Assembly (NCBI GenBank): GCA_049651785.1
Contig: JBASCT010000025.1
Coordinates: forward strand, 5,563-69,562
Origin: Minisyncoccia bacterium
Lineage (GTDB): Bacteria > Patescibacteriota > Minisyncoccia > Phycocordibacterales > Zambryskibacteraceae
Reading direction: 5' to 3'
DNA length: 64,000 nt
This document shows positions 33,792 through 40,006 of this stretch, in pieces. How positions within the stretch are numbered: position 1 is the stretch's first letter; the number at the start of each line of letters is the position of its first letter. The notes beneath the pieces are model-generated. The model had not been told where the DNA came from. It searched no databases and worked only from the letters and a program-made list of their open reading frames with translations. The translations under genes and the position numbers were made by a program.

Positions 33792-34430
33792 CTAACGTCT
33801 AGACCCTTTCCACTTCTCTATCCGAGCATGATCACCGGAGAGCAGAACCTTGGGGGCACGGTAGGTTTTACCCTTATATTTAAAGACTTCCGGCCTTGTA
33901 TAAACGTCCTTTGAAGCCACTCGGCGCTCCTCCAGAGAGTCGGGATTGCCGAGCACTCCGGGTAAGCGCCTCGAGATTAGGTCTATAAGAATCATCGCCC
34001 CAAGCTCACCGCCGGTGAGAACATATGGTCCGACAGAAATTTCTTCGGTTTTGAAAACTTTTCTCACCCGCGCATCGATACCTTCGTAGCGACCGCAAAT
34101 AATGATGACGTCCTTCGTCTTCTTGGTAAGTGTTTCGGCGTAGCTGTTCGTTGCCTGTTTCCCCGATGGAGAAAGGAAAATTATTTTCGGCTTCTTCGCG
34201 CGCCTAAGGGCGGCCTCGACGGCGCGGATAACGGGCAGAGCTTCTATCACCATGCCCGGTCCCCCGGCGTAAGGCGGACGATCAATGCGTCGCCACTTAT
34301 CCTCGGCATAGTCACGCGGGTTATAGAAGAGAACGCGGATTTTTTTGTCTTCTCTGGCGCGCTTTAAAATCGACTCCCCTAGATACGAGTCAAAGGCCTT
34401 GGGAAAAAGGGTGACAATATGAAAATTCAT
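33792..34430 (-). CDS. trmD: tRNA (guanine37-N1)-methyltransferase TrmD
   Basis: MNFHIVTLFP...PPYAGGPGMV. Confidence 0.9.
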   Translation of the reverse strand: MNFHIVTLFPKAFDSYLGESILKRAREDKKIRVLFYNPRDYAEDKWRRIDRPPYAGGPGMVIEALPVIRAVEAALRRAKKPKIIFLSPSGKQATNSYAETLTKKTKDVIIICGRYEGIDARVRKVFKTEEISVGPYVLTGGELGAMILIDLISRRLPGVLGNPDSLEERRVASKDVYTRPEVFKYKGKTYRAPKVLLSGDHARIEKWKGSRR

Positions 34431-34439
34431 TTACTGGGA

Positions 34440-34766
34440 CTACAAATCGAGGTCTTCCATCGCCTGCTCCAAAGTTTTTGAATTCGGCACGGCCGGCTCT
34501 CTCCTGGGAGGCATTGAGCTGTTGGCGGGCTCGTTAATTTTAAGATTAATACGAGAATTATTCTTCATCCCGACCACGCGGAGAAGAATTCTTATTGCCT
34601 TGGCCGTGTTGCCCGAACGACCTATCACCTTGCCCATGTCGTCGGGGTGCACGTCGAGCACCATTAAGACACCCATCTCGTCAACGGTTCTCTTTATCTT
34701 CACATCCTCGGGATGGTTTACCAGTCCCTTTACTATGTATTCAAGGAATCCAACGTCATCTATCAT
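34440..34766 (-). CDS. KH-domain RNA-binding protein (YlqC/UPF0109-like)
   Basis: GKVIGRSGNTAKAIR KH motif. Confidence 0.7.
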   Translation of the reverse strand: MIDDVGFLEYIVKGLVNHPEDVKIKRTVDEMGVLMVLDVHPDDMGKVIGRSGNTAKAIRILLRVVGMKNNSRINLKINEPANSSMPPRREPAVPNSKTLEQAMEDLDL

Positions 34767-34787
34767 CGGTCGCTTGGGTTAGGTTAA

Positions 34788-35171
34788 TCAGACAGCCGCC
34801 TTCTCTTCCGTCTTCTCAATTGTATCACTCGCGGGGGAAACTTCCTCTATTTTGGCTTCTTTGGACGCCTCACCGGCTCTCGGCGCCTCGGTCTTCGGCT
34901 TCTTCGAGACGCTTGAAACATTGATTTTCTTGCCTCTGATAACGCCGTGCTTGACGAGGAGGTTGTTGACCGTCGGCGTGAAGGTTACACCGCGTGAGAG
35001 CCAGTACTGGATGCGGTCGGCGTAGAGGAGGTCGCGACTTTTCCTCGGGTCATAGGAGCCGAGAATCTCTTTGACTCTGCCGCTCTTGGTGCTGTTTTTG
35101 GCATCGGTCAAAACGAGCCTGAAAGACGGCTCGTGCACTCTGCCCACCCTCTGCAATCTGATTTTTAGCAT
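34788..35171 (-). CDS. rpsP: 30S ribosomal protein S16 with a C-terminal extension
   Basis: MLKIRLQRVGRVHEPSFRLV. Confidence 0.9.
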   Translation of the reverse strand: MLKIRLQRVGRVHEPSFRLVLTDAKNSTKSGRVKEILGSYDPRKSRDLLYADRIQYWLSRGVTFTPTVNNLLVKHGVIRGKKINVSSVSKKPKTEAPRAGEASKEAKIEEVSPASDTIEKTEEKAAV

Positions 35172-35208
35172 TCCGAAAGAGTAACAAAAAAAGGAGTTCT
35201 AGTCAAAG

Positions 35209-36105
35209 TTAGAGCGCTTTCTCGGCTTCGATGAATTCATCGAGGCCGCCCTGGAGCACTTTCTCGACATCCCGAATTTCCACATCGGTGCGATGGTCCT
35301 TTACCATCTTGTAAGGGTGAAGAACATAGGAGCGAATTTGGTTCCCCCATTCTATCTGAGTGGTCTTCGAGATATACATGCCTTTTTCTTTCGCCTTGCG
35401 TTCATCCTCTAACTTTCTGTAGAGCTTAGCTTCCAAGAGACGCAGGGCTTTCTCTCTGTTCTGGGCCTGCGAGCGCTCGGACTCGACATGCGCCGAAAGA
35501 TTAGTCGGAAGGTGGACGAGGCGCACCGCCGTCTCGCGTTTATTGACATTCTGGCCGCCCGGGCCGCTTGAGCGCGAGTACTCGGTCTTTAGCTCCTCCG
35601 GCGGGATTTTAACCTCTTCCTGTTTTTCAAATTTCGGAATTACTTCCACCATGGAAAAAGAGGTGTGGCGAAGTGCTTTGGCATTAAAGGGCGAGATGCG
35701 CACCAAGCGGTGAACCCCGGATTCGTTTTTAAGCGTGCCATAGACACCTGCCTGCGCAGGCGGGCTTTTGCCGCTAATTTCCAAAGTGATATTGCGGTAC
35801 CCGCCGTGGTCATTTTCGTTTTTATGGATAACAGAGTAGCGCCACTTATTTTTTTCGAAGAATTTCATATACATCTCAAGGAGAATGCGGGAGAAATCCT
35901 CGGCGTCGTCGCCGCCCGCGCCGGAAAATATTGTCATAACGGCGTCGCCCGGGTCGAATTTCCCTAAGCCCGCTAGCTCTCCCTTGAGCGACTCGTACTC
36001 GCGAAGAGTCGCCTGGGCACGAGTTTTGTCCGCCCAAAATTCTGCAGAAGACATCTCTGTCTCAAGCTCTTCAATCTTTTTCTCTAAGTCTTTTTTATTA
36101 GACAT
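35209..36105 (-). CDS. prfB: Peptide chain release factor 2, uninterrupted with no programmed frameshift
   Basis: SPF and GGQ motifs present. Confidence 0.85.
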   Translation of the reverse strand: MSNKKDLEKKIEELETEMSSAEFWADKTRAQATLREYESLKGELAGLGKFDPGDAVMTIFSGAGGDDAEDFSRILLEMYMKFFEKNKWRYSVIHKNENDHGGYRNITLEISGKSPPAQAGVYGTLKNESGVHRLVRISPFNAKALRHTSFSMVEVIPKFEKQEEVKIPPEELKTEYSRSSGPGGQNVNKRETAVRLVHLPTNLSAHVESERSQAQNREKALRLLEAKLYRKLEDERKAKEKGMYISKTTQIEWGNQIRSYVLHPYKMVKDHRTDVEIRDVEKVLQGGLDEFIEAEKAL

Positions 36106-36106
36106 G

Positions 36107-36179
36107 AGCCGGAGGCGAGAGTCGAACTCGCGACTTACCCCTTACGAAGGGGTTACTCTACCAACTGAGTTACTCCGGC
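36107..36179 (-). tRNA. tRNA-Thr(CGU)
   Basis: GCCGGAG acceptor, anticodon loop TTCGTAA, T-loop TTCGACT. Confidence 0.85.
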
Positions 36180-36182
36180 TTA

Positions 36183-36279
36183 GTGCTCCCCGCCCGTACC
36201 GAACGTCCGCCCGGACGAATACCCATTCGGACGGGTATTCGGTACGTTCGGGCGGGTACCAACTGAGCTAAGGTGGCGC
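36183..36279 (-). repeat. Pseudo-copy of a tRNA 5' half with a 68-nt composite GC-rich palindrome inserted between D-arm positions 21 and 22
   Basis: On the minus strand: GCGCCACCTTAGCTCAGTTGGTA, then the insert at 36189-36256, then GAGCACTAA, then directly tRNA-Thr(CGU). The D-arm is identical to that of the tRNA-Thr(GGU) gene. Confidence 0.65.
36189..36256. repeat. GC-rich palindromic element, composite copy
   Basis: CCCGCCCGAACGTACCG...CGGTACGGGCGGG with an inner TCCGCCCGGACGAATACCC/GGGTATTCG hairpin. Confidence 0.75.
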
Positions 36280-36335
36280 AAGTTAAGATAAGCTCAAGTG
36301 AACTTTAGCAAAAATGAGGGCTTAAGAAAAGATTG

Positions 36336-36656
36336 TCAGGCGAGGCGCTCTTTGAAAAAAGAGAACGTGAAAACGGTTGCGTTCTTGACGAAAAGAAGGG
36401 CGGTGATGAGGGCGAGGATAAAAATGCTTTTAACCAAAATATCAGTGTGCGAGAAGGCCATGACAAGATAGCTGTAAAAGTCTCCCGAGGCGAGCATGTT
36501 GGCCACGACGCTCGGCACGGAGACGAAGAAAAGAAGAATGACCGCAAAAATAAGAAAGAGCACCACCTCGGCGATAAGGGGACTTCTGAACTTGCGCGTA
36601 AGATACGCGAGGTAGACGCCGAACATTATTCTACTTTTCATATTTATTAGTTTCAT
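36336..36656 (-). CDS. Small membrane protein, candidate anti-sigma factor (inference from context)
   Basis: Three TM helices. ATGA overlap with the ECF sigma gene upstream. Confidence 0.4.
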   Translation of the reverse strand: MKLINMKSRIMFGVYLAYLTRKFRSPLIAEVVLFLIFAVILLFFVSVPSVVANMLASGDFYSYLVMAFSHTDILVKSIFILALITALLFVKNATVFTFSFFKERLA

Positions 36657-37204
36657 GCCATCTGGAGCGCCACCACTCTAAACTGTTTCTTCGCCCTATG
36701 AAGCCCGGAGCGAACGGCCGAGAGGGACAGCCTCTCTATTTCCGCGATTTCTTCATAACTTTTCTCCTCGAAGAAGTATAGAGAAAGAAGGCGCGCCAAG
36801 TTCTCCGGCAGGCGCGAGAGGACCGACTGAACAAACGAGAGCTGTTCCCTGTCGCGTATTACTTCCGAGCCGATAAGATCCAGTTCGGCGAAGTCTATGG
36901 CCTTAACACGGCTCGCCTCTCGGGTCTTCTTGGAAGAGTGCGTGTAGCAGGTGTTGACGAGAATCCTGTACGCCCAGGAACGGAAGCTTGCCCCCTTTCG
37001 TTCGGAGAACTTGTGGGAATACTTGTAGATCTTGATAAAAGTCTCCTGGACCGCGTCCTCGGCGGCGTCACGAGAATGAAGAATGCTCTCGCCCTTCCTT
37101 AAGAAAGCTTCCTGGTGCCTTTCAACAAGAATGCCGAACATCCAAGGTGCTTCTTGCGATTTTTGGAGTACATTCGCGTCTGAAAGTTCTGGATCTCTTA
37201 CCAT
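36653..37204 (-). CDS. ECF-type RNA polymerase sigma factor (sigma-70 family group 4)
   Basis: Region 2 AVQETFIKIYKYSHKF and region 4 YEEIAEIERLSLSAVRSGLHRAKK. Confidence 0.8.
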   Translation of the reverse strand: MVRDPELSDANVLQKSQEAPWMFGILVERHQEAFLRKGESILHSRDAAEDAVQETFIKIYKYSHKFSERKGASFRSWAYRILVNTCYTHSSKKTREASRVKAIDFAELDLIGSEVIRDREQLSFVQSVLSRLPENLARLLSLYFFEEKSYEEIAEIERLSLSAVRSGLHRAKKQFRVVALQMA

Positions 37205-37310
37205 AGATAAGGGAACGGAGCGCGCTTAGGTGACGCTCCAGGTTACTTTTAAAAATGTTCCCTTCATCCATTATAACTCTTTTGGAACCAAAAAAGTTGC
37301 ACGACTTCGG

Positions 37311-37566
37311 AGCCAAGATCGGGGATCGAACCCGAGACCTCATCCTTCGCTTACACCTCTTTTTCTTTTTATAAGAGGGCTAGACTGTATCTTCCACTCA
37401 CCGGCTAAGGTGAGTAGCTCTTGTCAGTCGTTCGGGCGCTTAGCGCCACGGTCTGAACCTGTTAGGGCCTTTAACCGTTATTCGAGATTCACTCAAAAAT
37501 TACTTTCTAAGTGGGCAGGATTAGCGATCCACCATGGATGTGCTCTACCAACTGAGCTATCTTGGC
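37311..37566 (-). tRNA. tRNA-Thr(GGU) split by a 183-nt intervening sequence between nucleotides 36 and 37
   Basis: Exon 1 is GCCAAGATAGCTCAGTTGGTAGAGCACATCCATGGT. Exon 2 is AAGGATGAGGTCTCGGGTTCGATCCCCGATCTTGGCT. Joined, they give a canonical Thr(GGU) cloverleaf. Confidence 0.7.
37348..37530 (-). other. Intervening sequence, candidate group I-type self-splicing intron
   Basis: The 5' exon ends in U and the intron ends in G. R-like GGTTCAGACC and S-like AAGATACAGTCTAG elements are present. Contains GCGCCCGAACGACTG, which is shared with the palindromic repeat family. Confidence 0.5.
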
Positions 37567-37590
37567 GCTTATTGGTACCACAAAATAATA

Positions 37591-38184
37591 TTACAATGAG
37601 GGAAAGTTTTCAATCAGACTATCAAACATTTTTTTAAGTTTAGTGTTATTAAAATAAACAGTTAAAACGCCATATTGATTTTTATTCCTATAACTTCCTG
37701 TCCCGCGAGACGGTGTAATTATAATCTTCTGAAATTGTGATTTTCTTACGCCAAGCTTATTCATCCAAAATCTCTGAGCTGCCACAGGAGAAATGTCAGA
37801 AAATATTTGGAGTCCAAATTTTAACTTATCTTTATCTATTCCATATATTTTATTTAAAAACGTCATATAGGCCATTATGAGTCTCGGATCAACATTGCCT
37901 AATCTTATTGAGTTTTTGTTTCTTTTGTTCCCTTCTCCCCAGAATAAGCCTATACCTAGCCCAAAAAGTTGCCATTCATCCTTAGTTTTTGGTGGTTTGA
38001 AAATAAAGGGATCGCCTTTTGGATTATATCTAAGGTATGTGGCGTCTGATATAGATCTTTTGGGGATTTTGTATTTAGAAATCCAATAATTTATTTTGTT
38101 TTGAGAAACTCCTGTTTTCCTAGCTATTTCTGCAACAGACAACTGTTTTTTTAAATACCATCTCCTTAGCTTACTTTCATTCAT
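37591..38184 (-). CDS. Putative freestanding homing endonuclease (LAGLIDADG-like GLFWGEGN motif) with an N-terminal HTH
   Basis: About 33% GC against about 50% for the genome. HTH LSVAEIARKTGVSQ. Immediately upstream of the intron-containing tRNA. Confidence 0.4.
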   Translation of the reverse strand: MNESKLRRWYLKKQLSVAEIARKTGVSQNKINYWISKYKIPKRSISDATYLRYNPKGDPFIFKPPKTKDEWQLFGLGIGLFWGEGNKRNKNSIRLGNVDPRLIMAYMTFLNKIYGIDKDKLKFGLQIFSDISPVAAQRFWMNKLGVRKSQFQKIIITPSRGTGSYRNKNQYGVLTVYFNNTKLKKMFDSLIENFPSL

Positions 38185-38229
38185 TAGTAGAATTATACCA
38201 TATAAGTATATTACTCTACCGATAGAGTT

Positions 38230-38649
38230 CTAAGCCCTTTTGGCAAAATAATTTTTGAGCGTCTCCGTAATCCTATGGCCCCCGGGTGGCAGGTCGCGCA
38301 GATCTTTTTCACCAACCCAGCGGAAAGAGTTGTGCTCGCTACTTAAAACTACCTCCCCCGACTTGTATCGGGCGAGGTAAACTATCATAAAAATCTTTTT
38401 GTCGGCATTTCGGTGCTCCTTGGCGAAGCTCGATATCCAGGAAGCTACCGGCCCACCCGCCTCAATTTCAAGACCCGTTTCCTCTCTCACCTCTCTCTTG
38501 AGGGCCTCTATATGGTCGGTCTCCCCCGCCTGCACCTTGCCACCGGGTAAGTCGAGGAGCCCTCCGCCCGAGCGCGTTAAAACCAGCACCTTGCCGTCTC
38601 TTTCTATGAGTGCCTTCTGTCCGACAAAAAATACTTCGTCGTTGTTCAT
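38230..38649 (-). CDS. NUDIX hydrolase
   Basis: Nudix box GGKVQAGETDHIEALKREVREETGL. Confidence 0.8.
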   Translation of the reverse strand: MNNDEVFFVGQKALIERDGKVLVLTRSGGGLLDLPGGKVQAGETDHIEALKREVREETGLEIEAGGPVASWISSFAKEHRNADKKIFMIVYLARYKSGEVVLSSEHNSFRWVGEKDLRDLPPGGHRITETLKNYFAKRA

Positions 38650-38654
38650 TCGAG

Positions 38655-38728
38655 CGCGGCCAACCGGACTTGAACCGGCAACCTCTCCCGTGACAGGGGA
38701 GTGCTCTAACCAGTTGAGCTATGACCGC
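38655..38728 (-). tRNA. tRNA-Asp(GUC)
   Basis: GCGGTCA acceptor, anticodon loop CTGTCAC, T-loop TTCAAGT. Confidence 0.85.
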
Positions 38729-38958
38729 AATTTTAATTTTAGATATCTTCTTCCAGCGGCGCTTTTTAAATACAATTCTCGCTTGCGCGCCACCTCAAAG
38801 GTATCATGTTTTTCGGTATAAACAAGACGAATACCGGACATTTTAGAAGTGGTCAGAGTCTTGCCTCCCCCATGCTCATTAAGACGCCTTGCAAGATTGT
38901 TGGTAAGTCCTTTATATAACTTACCTTTATTGTCCCGTAATACGTAAACGACGTACAT
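38719..38958 (-). CDS. GIY-YIG nuclease family small protein (YhbQ/YazA-like), 79 aa
   Basis: YVVYVLRDNKGKLYKGLTNNLARRLNEH. The 3' end overlaps tRNA-Asp by 10 nt. Confidence 0.7.
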   Translation of the reverse strand: MYVVYVLRDNKGKLYKGLTNNLARRLNEHGGGKTLTTSKMSGIRLVYTEKHDTFEVARKRELYLKSAAGRRYLKLKLRS

Positions 38959-38970
38959 AAATAAGTGCTC

Positions 38971-38998
38971 CCCGCCCGACTGAAGTCGTTCGGGCAGG
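38971..38998. repeat. GC-rich palindromic element copy, CCTGCCCGAACGACTTCAGTCGGGCGGG
   Basis: 28 nt. Shares GCCCGAACGACT with the tRNA intron and with the pilin-leader copy. Confidence 0.75.
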
Positions 38999-39011
38999 TA
39001 ACCAGTTGAGC

Positions 39012-39043
39012 CCCGCCCGTACCGAACGGTACGTTCGGGCGGG
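39012..39043. repeat. GC-rich palindromic element copy, identical to the tRNA-Asn copy
   Basis: CCCGCCCGAACGTACCGTTCGGTACGGGCGGG. Confidence 0.8.
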
Positions 39044-39095
39044 TATGACCGCAGTGCACTACAAAGTACCAGATTTTTTGGGCTTTATCAATTTG

Positions 39096-39166
39096 TGCCG
39101 GCAAATGGAATCGGACCATTGTTTGAGGCTTATGAGTCCTCCGTTCTACCATTGAACTATGCCGGC
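39096..39166 (-). tRNA. tRNA with CAU anticodon, elongator Met or Ile2 (lysidine), with an atypical T-loop
   Basis: GCCGGCA acceptor, loop CTCATAA, G1-C72 paired, T-loop TCCGATT (C55 in place of U), 31-39 A/G mismatch. Confidence 0.55.
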
Positions 39167-39178
39167 AAGTGACCATAA

Positions 39179-39207
39179 ACTATATTATGAAATCTTGATT
39201 TTCTCAA
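39179..39207 (-). promoter_or_regulatory. Promoter TTGAGA-17-TATAGT for the minus-strand CAU tRNA
   Basis: Back-to-back with the plus-strand promoter. The -35 boxes are 1 nt apart. Confidence 0.4.
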
Positions 39208-39223
39208 GAAATGCGAGTACAAT
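39195..39223 (+). promoter_or_regulatory. Promoter TTGATT-17-TACAAT for the plus-strand initiator-like tRNA
   Basis: tRNA 5' end lies 9 nt after the -10. Confidence 0.45.
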
Positions 39224-39231
39224 CTGCGAAC

Positions 39232-39305
39232 AGCGGGTTGGAGGAGTAGTACCTCGACAGGCTCATAACCTGTAGGCATCCGTGCAAATCGGATACCCGC
39301 AACCA
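39232..39305 (+). tRNA. Initiator-like tRNA-fMet(CAU)
   Basis: A1/A72 mismatch, A11:U24, U8, loop CTCATAA, CCA encoded, unusual T-loop TGCAAAT. Confidence 0.5.
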
Positions 39306-39325
39306 TTCGACAAGCTCATGGCGAG

Positions 39326-39997
39326 CTAGATTGCTCCGAATTCTCTGAAAACTTCTTCGAAAAGCGCGATGACGCGCTTGGTTTCGCGCTCGGTAATCTG
39401 GAAGTCGCTGCCGGAGTGCACCAGAGTATTCCTTACCTTATGCGCTTCCCAGGCGGCGTCAATCGAAGAAAACTGGTTTTTATCGACCGATTTCAAGATC
39501 TCCCCCACCGAGTCGCCCCGGTAGCCGAGAGTCTCAAGCAGCTCCTCAAGCATCACGTCGGCTTCTATCACGGCCATACGGCGGTCTGAAGGATTTTCCG
39601 AATTGGCAAGAGCCAAAATCTTTTCCCACTTGGTATTTTTCTCGGCCGAAAGGTCGCCCCCGGTAACCGCGACGGCTCCGGGAGGTGGTCCGGGGTTAAA
39701 GATTGCAAGCTCCGCGAGACTCAAGGCGCGGAGCTTCCAAGCGTTGCTGATAGTGCCGACAAAAAGTCCCGCGCAAAAAAAGATTGCAATCATTTTCCAC
39801 TTCGGCCAGATGTTATTGAGAAAATAATCCGCGATTCTGCCGAAAATAGAGCCTTCGAGGGAGAGGTTCCCGAAATTATTAATAAAAGCCGTAACCAGGG
39901 CCCCGAGAAGAGCCAAGCCAAAGAGAAGGAAAACTATTTCTTCAAAAGCTTTTTTGTCGAGCTCGGTACCGGTAATTTCTTTCTTTTTCTCGGCCAT
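39326..39997 (-). CDS. Membrane protein with a C-terminal soluble domain, unknown function (possible HEPN-like Rx4H motif)
   Basis: Two TM helices. C-terminal HKVRNTLVH. Confidence 0.45.
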   Translation of the reverse strand: MAEKKKEITGTELDKKAFEEIVFLLFGLALLGALVTAFINNFGNLSLEGSIFGRIADYFLNNIWPKWKMIAIFFCAGLFVGTISNAWKLRALSLAELAIFNPGPPPGAVAVTGGDLSAEKNTKWEKILALANSENPSDRRMAVIEADVMLEELLETLGYRGDSVGEILKSVDKNQFSSIDAAWEAHKVRNTLVHSGSDFQITERETKRVIALFEEVFREFGAI

Positions 39998-40006
39998 ACT
40001 TATATT

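Larger units (their letters stand above)
38962..39052 (-). repeat. Pseudo-copy of tRNA-Asp positions 1-27 carrying two GC-rich palindromic insertions, after positions 9 and 21
   Basis: GCGGTCATA, then insert 39012-39043, then GCTCAACTGGTTA, then insert 38971-38998, then GAGCACTT. The non-inserted bases are identical to the real tRNA-Asp. Confidence 0.7.

Noticed and set aside
35209-36105. Programmed +1 frameshift site in prfB
   Set aside because: I looked for the CUU UGA C autoregulatory site near codons 20-30. The ORF is uninterrupted from Met1, so no frameshift is required here.
38655-39052. Single tRNA-Asp gene with a giant intron containing the GIY-YIG ORF
   Set aside because: The 5' portion (positions 1-27) is present twice, once upstream and once in the intact gene. 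An intron would split the tRNA, not duplicate its 5' exon.
38853-39176. 107-aa six-frame ORF on the minus strand
   Set aside because: It is read entirely through the tRNA-Met(CAU) gene and the palindrome-bearing tRNA-Asp pseudo-half. There is no RBS, and the composition is driven by the GC-rich repeats.
39233-39304. Possible SRP, 6S or other small RNA in the 39.2-39.3 kb intergenic region
   Set aside because: The sequence folds into a tRNA cloverleaf with a CAU anticodon and encoded CCA. There is no match to the SRP domain IV consensus.
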